DNA of 59,706 bases from an uncultured Gemmatimonadaceae bacterium. Its GTDB lineage: Bacteria > Gemmatimonadota > Gemmatimonadetes > Longimicrobiales > Gaopeijiaceae. Below, one piece after another: positions 1 to 10,000 of this stretch. The translations under genes and the position numbers were made by a program. Numbering within the stretch: the stretch's first letter is position 1; every line of letters begins with the position of its first letter. The stretch lies in assembly GCA_964464555.1 (NCBI GenBank), contig CAYXGM010000007.1, positions 1 to 59,706 of the forward strand, in the 5' to 3' direction. The notes under the pieces are model-generated. The model was not told the origin of the DNA and searched no databases. It saw only the letters and a program-made list of their open reading frames with translations.

Positions 1-1221
1 GCTCGTCCCGCCCCCCCCCTCCCCATCCTCCCCTACCCCGGGTCGGTCCGTCCCCAGCCTCAGGTGCTCCGGACCCAGGGTGGCTCCCCGGGCCAGGATG
101 GACGCCCGGGTGAGGGCGTTCTCCAGCTCCCTGACGTTCCCGGGCCAGTCGTACTCCTCGAGCATGCGCATGGCCTCGGGGTGAATGCGGTGGACTTCCT
201 GCTGGGCCTCCTTCCGGATCCGGCCCAGGAGGTGTCGGGCCAGGTCGGGAATGTCCCCCCTCCGCTCACGGAGGGGAGGCACCACGATCTCCACCACCCT
301 CAGCCGAAAGTAGAGGTCTTCCCGAAAGCCCCCCTCCTCCACCTGGGCCTCCAGGTCCTGGTGGGTGGCGGTGATGATGCGGGCATCGGTGCGCCGGGCC
401 GTCTCCCCACCCACGGGGAAGAACGTCCTGTCCTGGAGGACCCGGAGGAGCTTGGTCTGGAACTCCAGGGTCGTGTCGCCGATCTCGTCCAGGAAGATGG
501 TCCCGGTCCCGGCGAGCTCGAAGTACCCCTTCCGGCCCGACACGGCCCCGGTAAAGGCCCCCTTCACATGGCCGAAGAGCTCGGACTCCAGGAGGGTGTC
601 GCTGAGTGCCGTGCAGTTCACGGCGATGAACGGCTCGTCGGCATGGAGGGAGTGGTTGTGGATGGCCCGGGCCATGACCTCCTTCCCCGTCCCCGTCTCT
701 CCCCGGACCAGGACGGTAGAGCGGTTCCTGGCCAGGACACCGATCATCTTGAAGATCTCCATGAGCCGGGGATCGGTGCCGATGACCCTGCTCTCCCCGG
801 TCCCAGCTTCCTCCTCTTCGTCTCCACCTTCCCGGGCCCGGGCCCGGAGGTTCAGCTCCCGCTCCCGGAGACACCGGGAGACGAGCTCCTGGAGGGCGCC
901 CACCTCGATGGGCTTCACGACGTAGTCGAAGGCCCCGCCCTTCATGGCCCGGATGGCGGACGTCATGTCCTCGTGCCCGGTCATGACGATGACTTCCACC
1001 CCCTCCATCCCTTCCCGGGCACGCTCCAGGAGCTCCACCCCGTCCATCCCCGGCAGTCGCAAGTCGGTGAGGACCAACGCAGGATCGAACTCGTGGATCC
1101 TGGCCAGGGCCTGCTCGGCGTCCTCGGCCCGCTCCACCTCGTAGCCGCTGCCCTCCAGGATGGAGCTGACCACCTCCAGGTGATCCGGATCGTCGTCTAC
1201 AACCAGAACTCTGTGAGCCAT
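1..1221 (-). CDS. sigma-54-dependent two-component response regulator (NtrC family); C-terminal end lies beyond the window start
   Basis: The minus-strand frame has ATG at 1219-1221 and no stop before position 1, which is why it is missing from the ORF track. Translation begins MAHRVLVVDDDPDHLEVV...LTDLRLPGMDG (receiver domain). It continues into a sigma-54 AAA+ core with Walker A GETGTGKE and the signature ESELFGHVKGAFTGA around 541-600. The plus-strand ORF 64..1446 is its antisense shadow. Confidence 0.85.
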   Translation of the reverse strand, partial: MAHRVLVVDDDPDHLEVVSSILEGSGYEVERAEDAEQALARIHEFDPALVLTDLRLPGMDGVELLERAREGMEGVEVIVMTGHEDMTSAIRAMKGGAFDYVVKPIEVGALQELVSRCLRERELNLRARAREGGDEEEEAGTGESRVIGTDPRLMEIFKMIGVLARNRSTVLVRGETGTGKEVMARAIHNHSLHADEPFIAVNCTALSDTLLESELFGHVKGAFTGAVSGRKGYFELAGTGTIFLDEIGDTTLEFQTKLLRVLQDRTFFPVGGETARRTDARIITATHQDLEAQVEEGGFREDLYFRLRVVEIVVPPLRERRGDIPDLARHLLGRIRKEAQQEVHRIHPEAMRMLEEYDWPGNVRELENALTRASILARGATLGPEHLRLGTDRPGVGEDGEGGGGTS

Positions 1222-1246
1222 GTTCGGCGAATCCTCGTCCATGTCC

Positions 1247-2323
1247 TCAACCGGGGCCCCGGTCCTTCCTCTCCGGACCGACGTCGCCCCCCCTTTCTTC
1301 CTTCACGTCCCCGTCAACGCCCCCGCTCCCCTCCCTACCCCCTTCATCGGGGGCATGAGCCCAGTAGGCCGGCTGGTCCGGGGGCTCGGTGGCACGCAAT
1401 CTGGCCATGGCCTCCCGGTTCCGCTTTTTCCGGACCCTCGCCATGAGGAGAAGGGCCAGGGTCAGAACCAGCCAGAAGGCGGTGGAGTGGGAGAGAACGA
1501 AGAGCCATCCGTACCGCCGCTTCACGTACTTTTTCCAGTCCTCCTCGAACTGCCCCAGCGTGACGCCGTACACCCTCCGAAAGGCCGCCGGAAAGGACCG
1601 CTCTTCCCTCCACCGCTGCAGGAGGAGCTCCAGTCCCCTCTCTCCGCTCTCCGCCACGAGGTACTCCACCGCCGTGGCGGAGAGGAGATAGGCCAGCTCG
1701 GCCGACGCCCTGTCCCTGGGCCAGGCCAGGACCAGGGAATCCAGGGGCGGTGCTCGTCCCATGGCGAAGGCGACCCGAAGACGCCACCCGTCGGTGAACG
1801 CCCATCCCCCCGATGTCCATTGGCTGAAGCCCTCGTCGAACCAGCGGGGAACCCTGAGGCCCTGGAGATATTGCTGGAGGGCTACGTGAGCCCACTCGTG
1901 CTTCAGGACCCGGGCCTCGTCCCAGCCCCTGGTCCGCTGGACCCCGAAGCCGGGCATGATGATCCGGCCCCTGGAGGGAAGGGCTACGCCGGCCCCCCAC
2001 TCCGGCACCGTACCCCCGGCCAGGGAGTCGAAGGCCGGGCGGTTCGGGGCGATGTAGACGCTCACCCCCGAGGGGAGGGTGTCGGGGAGAGCCGGAAAGG
2101 GGGGAAGAGACTGGAGGAGAGCCAGGATCCGGCGGGCCCTGAGGGAGTCCCCTCCACGGTAGCCCACCCGCACACGATCCCCCTGCGCCCAACGGTAGGA
2201 GGCCGCCTGGGGCAAGGCCTGCAGGTACGCCGACGAGCCGGAAGATTCCGGTGGCCGCCCATGGAAGGGCGCGGCCGCCGTCCCCACCACCAATAGCACG
2301 GAAGAAAGGATCGGGAGCCTCAC
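1247..2323 (-). CDS. putative secreted/membrane-anchored zinc metalloprotease (HExxH motif; peptidase MA-like)
   Basis: N-terminal signal-peptide-like MRLPILSSVLLVVGTAAAP. An HEWAH zinc-binding motif. A C-terminal hydrophobic helix (WLFVLSHSTAFWLVLTLALLLMA) followed by a basic stretch. I did not recognise a close family. Confidence 0.5.
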   Translation of the reverse strand: MRLPILSSVLLVVGTAAAPFHGRPPESSGSSAYLQALPQAASYRWAQGDRVRVGYRGGDSLRARRILALLQSLPPFPALPDTLPSGVSVYIAPNRPAFDSLAGGTVPEWGAGVALPSRGRIIMPGFGVQRTRGWDEARVLKHEWAHVALQQYLQGLRVPRWFDEGFSQWTSGGWAFTDGWRLRVAFAMGRAPPLDSLVLAWPRDRASAELAYLLSATAVEYLVAESGERGLELLLQRWREERSFPAAFRRVYGVTLGQFEEDWKKYVKRRYGWLFVLSHSTAFWLVLTLALLLMARVRKKRNREAMARLRATEPPDQPAYWAHAPDEGGREGSGGVDGDVKEERGGDVGPERKDRGPG

Positions 2324-2339
2324 GAGCCCCCCCCGGCCC

Positions 2340-3962
2340 TCAGGGTAACGCCGACAGACCCCCCAGATGGACCCGGGCGTCGGCGTTCTCGGGGTTCAGC
2401 TCCATGGCCCGCCGCAGGAGGAGGATGGCCAGATCCTTGTCGGCTTCATCCAGGGCGATCTCACCCAGTCTGACGTAGACCTCGTCGCCCAGGGACGGGT
2501 CCATCTTCACGGCCCGCTCGTAGTGGGCCCGGGCTCCCATCTTGTCACCCCGCCGGTAGGCCTGGTCCCCCAGATTCTTGTGGGCCTGGGGCGGAGCCTC
2601 GGAGCCGGAGTTCAGGGCCCGGAGGAAGTACTGCTCTGCCGCCTCGTGATCCCCCTTCCGGTCCAGGACCACCCCGGTGTTCACCAGGATGGGCGGATCG
2701 GCGGGATGAGCCTGGAGCCCCTCCCGGCCCAGGGTGATGGCCTCTTCCAGGTACCCGGCGATGGCTGCGGCCAGGACGGCGAAGGTGAAGTAGAGGGCCG
2801 GGGGTTCTTCGTTTCCCAGGTCCTTCCGGTACTTCTTGAAGGTGGCCCGCGCGCTGGCTGCGTCGCCGGACTTGAGCTCGGCAATCCCCCGGGCCAGGGC
2901 CAGGCCCGGATCCCCGGTCTTCACCGTAGCAGCCTCGCCGAGATCTCTCAGGGCCTCGTCGAACCGTCCCAGGCGCTCCAGCGCCAGCGCCCGGTTTCTC
3001 AGGACGGCATATCCCCCGGCTTCCTCCTCGGGCATGGCGTCGAAGTGCTCCACGGCCTCCTCCGCCTCGTCGGAACGGAGGCTGATGAGGCCCAGATAGA
3101 AGCGGGCCGTGGGCTCGGAGGCGTTCCCCTCCACGGCCTCCCCGAACTCCCGGGCGGCGTCTTCCAGCATGCCGGCACGGTAGAAGGCCTGACCCAGGTT
3201 CACATGCTGATGAACGGCGGAGTCGTCCTTTTTTCCGGCCCTGGTTTCCTTCTTGCCCACCTGCTGGACGAAACCGGCCTGGATCAGCTCGAAGAGGGCC
3301 TTGCCCGTTTCGAACTCCACCAGTCCCGACTCCGATACCAGGTCGTCCACCGTCCGGGTACCATCCAGGAGGGGAAGGAGCTTCTTCTGGTTCGTGCTCA
3401 GCTCCACGTCCTCCTGTTCCGCCGGGTCCCGAACCAGCTTGAAGATGAGATCCATGGAGGGGATCTTCTTCGCGATGAGGCTCCACTCGTCCACGCGGCG
3501 GGCCCCCTCCATGAGGAGCCCGTCGGCGTTGAGAGAAACCAGGAAGACCTCGTCCTCATCCGGACTCTCGTCGGGATTGAAGTGGAAGGACCCCTTGTCC
3601 CAGGTGAAGAGGTGGTAGACCGCCTCCTCGATCTGGGTGGTGATCCACGTCTCCAGCTCCTCCTGGGTGAGAGCGCCGAAACCGACGAGGATCTCTCCCA
3701 GCTTCTTTCCCCCCTGCCGGCTCTGTTCCTCCATGGCCCTGGAGAGATCTTCCCGCTCGATGGCGCCGTTCTTGACCAGGAGCTCGCCCAGGCGATCGGG
3801 TCGGTTCAGGACCGACGCATAGATCACTCTACCCTTGTCGAAGTAGATGTAGCCGAAGTTGGAACGGTCGGTGGTGGTGAGGCACCCGGTCTTCCTTCCC
3901 AGGGAGAGAAGCTGGCAGATGTCGGCCAGGCTGACGTCGGCGAGAGAGCCTTCGATAGCCAT
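2340..3962 (-). CDS. DUF4388 (PATAN-like) domain protein with C-terminal TPR repeats
   Basis: The N-terminus GSLADVSLADICQLLSLGRKTGCLT...GYIYFDKGRVIYAS fits the DUF4388 pattern. The C-terminal half is rich in TPR-like helical repeats (AEQYFLRALN..., AHYERAVKMDP..., LLLRRAMELNPENADA). The start ATG (3960-3962) overlaps the stop of the upstream DnaA-like gene by 1 nt (ATGA). Confidence 0.7.
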   Translation of the reverse strand: MAIEGSLADVSLADICQLLSLGRKTGCLTTTDRSNFGYIYFDKGRVIYASVLNRPDRLGELLVKNGAIEREDLSRAMEEQSRQGGKKLGEILVGFGALTQEELETWITTQIEEAVYHLFTWDKGSFHFNPDESPDEDEVFLVSLNADGLLMEGARRVDEWSLIAKKIPSMDLIFKLVRDPAEQEDVELSTNQKKLLPLLDGTRTVDDLVSESGLVEFETGKALFELIQAGFVQQVGKKETRAGKKDDSAVHQHVNLGQAFYRAGMLEDAAREFGEAVEGNASEPTARFYLGLISLRSDEAEEAVEHFDAMPEEEAGGYAVLRNRALALERLGRFDEALRDLGEAATVKTGDPGLALARGIAELKSGDAASARATFKKYRKDLGNEEPPALYFTFAVLAAAIAGYLEEAITLGREGLQAHPADPPILVNTGVVLDRKGDHEAAEQYFLRALNSGSEAPPQAHKNLGDQAYRRGDKMGARAHYERAVKMDPSLGDEVYVRLGEIALDEADKDLAILLLRRAMELNPENADARVHLGGLSALP

Positions 3963-5971
3963 CAGTCAACCTCCTCCACCAGACGCTCTTCCGGTCTCGG
4001 CCACTCCCAGATGACCCGCTCGGGCGACGGGAACCAATCCCCGGCCACCGGCGCCTCGGGCTCCTCGTCGTCGGCCGAAGCCTCCGTGGGGTCGGGCGCC
4101 TCCTTTTCCGATACGTCCCGGCCGAGCTGGACTCCGCCTCCGGCCGTGAAGGCCATGATGAACTCCCGGTCCAGGGCCCGGACATCCACCTCCTCCGACT
4201 CCTTCGGCCTCGTCCGTTCCGTCTCTTCGTCCTCCGTGGAGGGCTCGGGCTCCGAGGCCTTCGGAGAGGGCGGACCGAATCCCTCCCGGCTGTCCTCGTC
4301 CATAACGATCTGGTCCAGGGGTGGGATCATCCCCTCCTCCCGGGCGCCGGGAGCCTGCCCGCGGCCTCTCTCGCTGCCGGCCTCGATCTCCAGGACCAGC
4401 CCACCTTCGAACCGGGACCGGAGCCGGTCATCGATCTTGCCGATCTTGGCCGGAGGGCAGTCTGCCGCCACCATGATCTTGGCCCGGCGTCTCTGCAGGG
4501 CTTCGAAGAGGTGGAAGAACTCGTCCTGGGCCCGCTCCGTGGCCGAGAGATCCGCAGCGCCGTGCACGAGGAGAAGCTCCGCGGACCACCATCGCTCCCG
4601 CCAGGCACCGGCCACTCCGGAGGAAAGGGCGGCGATGAACTCCTCGGCGAACTCCAGGACCGAGACCATTGCCACCCGGGCCGTATCCTTCTCGGCCAGG
4701 TAGCTCCGTCCCGCCGCCTCCAGAAGGTCCTGGGCCGACCCGGGCTCTTCGCTCCAGACGTAGAGGGGGTTGTATTCCTGCCGGTCCGTGGTGATGAGCT
4801 GCTCTGCGGCGCGAACCACCAACTGTGGATATTTCCCGGCCAGGCCATCCAGCCCCGGGCCCGGAGGAAGCTTGGGAAAGGGGCGGGCCCGCTCCCGTGC
4901 CGACGCCAGGAGGGTCTCGGCCTCTTCCAGCCGGTCCGGATCCCGCAGGACGCCGTGTGCCGCCTCGGGCCAGGGGTTGCCCACCGAATCCAGCTCGGCC
5001 TTGATCTCGGCCAGGCGGCCGGTCACCTGCTTGAAACGCTCCACCGCCTCCACCACGCCCTCGGGTTCTTCCTCCTCCTCCATCAGACGCTGAAGCCTGG
5101 TGGTCTTGAATCCCTGAACTTCGGCCTCCTCCAAGGTCTCTCTCAGGAGCTTCCGCCAGGGTGCCTCCTGCCGCTGGACCTGTTCGGCCACGGTGCCGGA
5201 AATCTCGTCCATGAACTCGCCTACGTCCGACTCGCCGGCGAGGGACTCCTCCATGGCTTCCAACCCCAGCAGGGAGGAAGCCTCATCGGGGTTGACGGCG
5301 CGATTCTCCAGCTCCTGGATGGCCAGGATCCGGTTCAACGCGCCGCCCAGCTCACGGATGTTCTTGAAGGGGACCCGCCCGATGACCTCGGCAACTCCCG
5401 GGTCCAGAGCCTGTCCCCTGGCATCGGCCTGCTTGCGGAGAATGGCCACACGGGTCTCGTACTCGGGCGAGCCGATATCCACGAGAAGCCCGCCCTCGAA
5501 CCGGCTTCGAAGCCGGGCATCCAGCCCGTCGATGTCCACGGGAGGTCTGTCGCTGGCCAGGACCACCTGCTTTCCCTCGCCCGTCAGGCTGTCCAACGTC
5601 CGCAGTAGCATCTCCTGGGCCTCGGACTGCCCGGCGAGGAACTGGACATCGTCCATGAGGAGAATGTCCAGTTGCCCATACCGCCCCTTCACCCCCTCCC
5701 GATCCCCTCCCTGCAGAGCCTCCGTCAACTCCCCGAGGAATCCCTCCAGGGTCTGGTAGACCACGTCCTTGTCGGGCTGGTGTCGGGACACATGATGGGC
5801 GATGGCCCCCAGAATGTGCGTCTTCCCCAGGCCCGACGCGGAGTAGACGAAGAGAGGGTTGTAGCTGGCGCCCGGGCTCTCGGCCGCCCGGCGCGCCGCG
5901 GCGGACGCCAGCCGGTTGGCTGGGCCCACCACGAAGGTTTCGAAAGTGAATCGTGGATCCAAGTCCGTCAT
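3962..5971 (-). CDS. DnaA-paralog AAA+ protein with tandem DnaA-type modules (second degenerate) and no DnaA domain IV
   Basis: Module 1 has Walker A SASGLGKTHIL, Walker B DILLMDDVQFL, box VII RLRSRFEGGLLV and a lid (NIRELGGALNRI). Module 2 (YNPLYVWSEEPGSAQDLL...AKIMVAADCPP...DDRLRSRFEGGLVLEI) lacks the GKT P-loop but keeps the box VII arginine motif. The C-terminal tail is acidic. No RDHTTV-type DNA-binding motif is present. The track ORF extends to 6079 (MADGK...) but would then overlap rluD by 86 nt. ATG at 5969-5971 (MTDLDPRFTFETF...) is the preferred start. Confidence 0.65.
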   Translation of the reverse strand: MTDLDPRFTFETFVVGPANRLASAAARRAAESPGASYNPLFVYSASGLGKTHILGAIAHHVSRHQPDKDVVYQTLEGFLGELTEALQGGDREGVKGRYGQLDILLMDDVQFLAGQSEAQEMLLRTLDSLTGEGKQVVLASDRPPVDIDGLDARLRSRFEGGLLVDIGSPEYETRVAILRKQADARGQALDPGVAEVIGRVPFKNIRELGGALNRILAIQELENRAVNPDEASSLLGLEAMEESLAGESDVGEFMDEISGTVAEQVQRQEAPWRKLLRETLEEAEVQGFKTTRLQRLMEEEEEPEGVVEAVERFKQVTGRLAEIKAELDSVGNPWPEAAHGVLRDPDRLEEAETLLASARERARPFPKLPPGPGLDGLAGKYPQLVVRAAEQLITTDRQEYNPLYVWSEEPGSAQDLLEAAGRSYLAEKDTARVAMVSVLEFAEEFIAALSSGVAGAWRERWWSAELLLVHGAADLSATERAQDEFFHLFEALQRRRAKIMVAADCPPAKIGKIDDRLRSRFEGGLVLEIEAGSERGRGQAPGAREEGMIPPLDQIVMDEDSREGFGPPSPKASEPEPSTEDEETERTRPKESEEVDVRALDREFIMAFTAGGGVQLGRDVSEKEAPDPTEASADDEEPEAPVAGDWFPSPERVIWEWPRPEERLVEEVD

Positions 5972-5993
5972 GATCCCCGTATCGGCTCGACGG

Positions 5994-7070
5994 TCACGTC
6001 TCTTTAGGTTCTTCTCGTTTAAGCTCTTCGTGTGCACCGGCGTCCCGGCCCGAGCCCGGCGGCTCTTCCCATCCGCCACCCCTGGCCCAGGCCACGACCC
6101 TGGCGAAGTCCTCCGGCAGGGGCGCCCGGAACTGCATCTCGTCTCCCGTAGTGGGATGCCGGAAGCTCAGATCCGCAGCGTGGAGCAACTGCCTGCGGAC
6201 CATCTTGTCCAGTTCCCGGGCCCAGGCCCGGATCGAACCACTCATCCCCTTCGCCCGGCCTCCCCCATAGACCTCGTCACCCACCACCGGATGACCCAGA
6301 TGAGCCAGGTGCACCCTGATCTGATGGGTGCGCCCCGTCTTCAGGGACACGTCCAGGTACTCCGCCGCTTCCCACCGCTCCCGGACCCGGAGGCGGGTCA
6401 CCGCCCTGCGTCCCTCCTCGACGACGCCCATGCGCTTCCGGTCCCGGGGATCCCGGCCCACGGGAGCATCCACCGTCACCGGCGACTCCCGGAGGTGGCC
6501 CCAGGCGACGGCCCGGTAGACACGTCGAACTTCTCGCCTTCGGAGGGCGTTGGAAAGGGCCACGTGGGCATCATCTCCCTTGGCCACCACCAGAAGGCCC
6601 GATGTGTCCCGGTCCAGACGGTGCACGATGCCGGGGCGGAGCTTTCCCCCGATACCCGAAAGGTCCTCCACCCGGTGGAGCAGAGCATTCACCAGTGTCC
6701 CCCTCGGATGCCCCGGGGCCGGATGAACCACCAGACCCGCCTGTTTGTTCACCACCAGGAGCGCGGAATCCTCGTACACCACATCCAGCGGGATGTCCTC
6801 GGCTTCGGCCTCCAGGGGCTCGGGTGGAGGAATTCGCACCTCGATGGTCTGGCCCGGTGCCACAGCGCCGGACTTCCTCGCCGGCTTCCCGTCCACCCTC
6901 ACCCTTCCTTCCTGGATGAGGGTCGCGCACCGGGACCGGGAAAGGGACAGGGTCCCGGCCAGGTATCGGTCCAACCGGCCGTCGGCCCCCTCCGGTACCG
7001 TCAACCGGGCGACTTCCTCGCACTGGGAAGCCGTCGTGCTCTTCCCTCCTCCCGGTGGCGGCCGTTTCAC
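5994..7070 (-). CDS. rluD: 23S rRNA pseudouridine synthase, RluD/RluA family (S4 domain + catalytic domain)
   Basis: S4-like N-terminus (DGRLDRYLAG...RSRCATLIQEGRVRVDG). Catalytic motif VVHRLDRDTSGLLVVAK. GTG start overlaps the ileS stop (GTGA). Confidence 0.85.
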   Translation of the reverse strand: MKRPPPGGGKSTTASQCEEVARLTVPEGADGRLDRYLAGTLSLSRSRCATLIQEGRVRVDGKPARKSGAVAPGQTIEVRIPPPEPLEAEAEDIPLDVVYEDSALLVVNKQAGLVVHPAPGHPRGTLVNALLHRVEDLSGIGGKLRPGIVHRLDRDTSGLLVVAKGDDAHVALSNALRRREVRRVYRAVAWGHLRESPVTVDAPVGRDPRDRKRMGVVEEGRRAVTRLRVRERWEAAEYLDVSLKTGRTHQIRVHLAHLGHPVVGDEVYGGGRAKGMSGSIRAWARELDKMVRRQLLHAADLSFRHPTTGDEMQFRAPLPEDFARVVAWARGGGWEEPPGSGRDAGAHEELKREEPKET

Positions 7071-10000
7071 CCCTCCACCCTGGAAAGGGCGATCTGGGCC
7101 GGTATTCCGTCCAGATCCACCGTTCGGATCTCATCGAACCCCTCCCCTCCCTCATCGTCACCAACCTGATACTCCAGGGCCAGGGTCTCGCCGGAAATGA
7201 AGTTCCCAAAGGCCTCGGCGGCCTCCCGAACCGGGTCGGACCCGAAGATCCCCAGGCTGATCCGGTCCGAGATATCCAGCCCGGCGTCCTTCCGGAGGCG
7301 TTGAATCCGGTTCACCAGCTCCCGGGCCATCCCCTCCCTCCGAAGATCGTCATCCAGCTCCGGATCCAGCGCCGCCGTGAAACTCCCGTCGCTCTGGACC
7401 ACCAGACCTCCACGGGCTTCCTCCACGACCTCCAGGTCCTCGGCCTCGAGTCCGAAGCTCTCCTCTCCCACCTGAACCGAGACGGGATCTCCCCTCCGGT
7501 GGGCAGCCAGAGCCTCCTGGGAGAGGGCGCGAATGGCGGCGGCAGACTCCTCGGTCCGCTTCTGGAACCGGGGCCCAAGGGTCCGGTAGTTCGGTCGGGC
7601 CGCCAGGCTCACCAGACCCTCGGCGGAGTCCGTGAACTCCACCTTCTTCACGTTCAACTCGTCCCTGAGGAGGGCCAGCAGATCTCCGTCCAATACGCCG
7701 TCCCCGGGCGTCACGGCAATCATCCGCCCCAGGGGCTGCCGCACCCGGATCTGGACCTCCTCCCTGGCGGCCCGCCCCAGGGAAACCAGGGACCGGACAA
7801 CGTCCATTCCCCCTTCCAGCTCCCGGTCCATGGCCTCCCTCCCGGCGGAGGGGAAGGGCGCCAGGTGAACGCTGGATCCCTCCAGAGCCCTGTGAAGCCA
7901 GTCGGCCACGAAGGGCGTCACCGGAGCCACGAGGCGAGAGACCGTCACCAGGCTCTCCCAGAGGGTCCGGAAGGCTGCCCGGGCATCGCGGGTGTCGGCA
8001 TTGCCCCAGAAGCGGGGGCGGGACCTCCGGACGTACCAGTTGGAGAGGTCCTCGTTCAGGAAGTCTCCCACGGCCCGGTAGGCCCGGGTCAGGTGGTACC
8101 CCTCCAACTCCTCCTCCACCAGGAACACCAGGGTCGAGAGCCGGGAGAGGATCCAACGGTCGATGAGGGGCCGATCTTCCACGTCGGGATCCTCGTCCGA
8201 GGGGGACCACCCCTCCGCCGAGGCGTAGAGGGAAAAGAAGCGGTAGGTGTTGAAGAGGGTGTCGAAGTACTTCCGGGACGCCTCCCGCACCCCTTCCGGA
8301 TCATAACGCTTCGATGTCCCGGGTTGGCTCACGGTGACCAGATACCAGCGAACGGCATCGGCCCCGTGCTCCCCCACCGCATCCCAGGGATCCACCGCGT
8401 TCCCCCGGGATTTGGACATCTTCAGCCCCTCGGCGTCCAGGATGTGACCGTTCACGATGACGTTGTGGAAGGGTCTCCCCCTCCCCAGCATGACGGAGAT
8501 GGCCAGGAGGGAATAGAACCAGCCCCGGGTCTGGTCGATGGCCTCGCAGATGAAGTCCGCCGGGAAATGCCTCCCGAACTCCTCCTCGTGCTCGAAAGGA
8601 TAGTGCCACTGGGCGAAGGGCATGGCGCCGGAGTCGAACCAGACGTCGATGACGGCCGGAGAGCGGCGCATGGCCCCCCCGCACTCGGAGCAGCTCCAGC
8701 TCACCTCGTCGATGAAGGGACGGTGGGGATCGAATCCGGTGGGCAGCCCGCCGGCCCGCTCCCGGAGCTCCTCCAGCCCTCCGATCCACTCGGTGTGGTC
8801 GGGGTTCCTTTCGCACACCCAGACCGGGAGGGGCGTGCCCCAGTACCGGTCCCGGGAGAGGGCCCAATCGACGTTGTTCTCCAGCCACTCACCGAAGCGC
8901 TTCTCCCCCACTTCCGGAGGAAGCCAGTTGATGCTCCCGTTCTCCCGCAGCATCTCCTCCTTGAGCGTGGTGGTGGCCGCGAACCAGGAGTCACGGGCCA
9001 TATAGAGGAGGGGGGAGTCACAACGCCAGCAGTGGGGATAGGAGTGAACCATCGTCCCGATGGCATGGAGGTTTCCCCGGCGGTCCAGCTCCTCCACCAG
9101 GCGGGGGTCGGCGTCCTTAACGAACATCCCGCCCACCACGGGAATCTCCTCCTTGAAGCGCCCGGCGTCATCCACCGGTCGCAGGAGAGCCAGGTCGTGC
9201 TTCTGCCCCGCCGCGTAGTCGTCGGATCCGAAGGCCGGCGCCATGTGGACGATTCCCGTGCCCTCCTCGTCGCTGACGAAGTCCTCCAGGACCACCGTCC
9301 AACTGTTGCCCGGATCCTCGGGCTCGGGAACCAGGTCCAGAGGCCGCTGGTAGCGGACCCCCTCCAACTCCGGGGCGGAGTACTCCCTCAGAATTTCCGC
9401 GTCCTCCCCCAGGACCTTCTCCACCAGCGAACGGGCCAGGATGACCCGTCCTCCCTCGGTGGCGGCCTCGGCGTACCGGAGGTCCGGGTGAATGGCCAGT
9501 CCCACGTTGGAGGGAACCGTCCACGGAGTCGTGGTCCAGGCCAGGAAGGCCCGGCCCTCCGCATCGGGCTGGCCCTCCTCCCCCTGAAGGGGGCAGAGGA
9601 AGAAGAGGGAGGCGTCCTCGACCTCCTGGTATCCCTGGGCCACCTCGTGGGACGAGAGCGCCGTCCCGCAGCGGGGGCAGTAGGGCACGCTCTTGTAGCC
9701 TCGATAGAGGAGGTTCCGGTCCGCCAGCTCCTTGAGAATCCACCACACCGACTCGATGTACTCGGTGTGGAAGGTCACGTAGGGACGGGAGTAGTCCAGC
9801 CAGTACCCGATGCGCTCGCTCAGGCGCTCCCAATCTTCCTTGTAGGTGAAGACGGAGTCCCGGCACGCCTCGTTGAACCGGGCGATGCCCAGGGCCTCGA
9901 TCTCGGGCTTTCCGCTGATACCCAGCTTCCGCTCCGCTTCGATCTCCACCGGCAGGCCGTGGGTGTCCCAGCCGGCGATGCGTGTCACGCTCCGGCCCTT

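Noticed and set aside
64-1446. 460-aa plus-strand ORF
   Set aside because: It is the antisense shadow of the minus-strand sigma-54 regulator. It has Pro/Gly/Arg-rich composition typical of GC-rich antisense frames and no recognisable domain.
2367-4703. 778-aa plus-strand ORF, and similar long plus ORFs (7055..10333, 34238..36367, 52714..57177, 40342..42069 and others)
   Set aside because: All lie opposite well-supported minus-strand genes and have low-complexity shadow-ORF composition with no motifs.
3962-6079. Possibility that the DnaA-like gene is the authentic dnaA / replication origin region
   Set aside because: There is no domain IV DNA-binding signature. There is no adjacent dnaN. I saw no DnaA-box cluster or AT-rich DUE.
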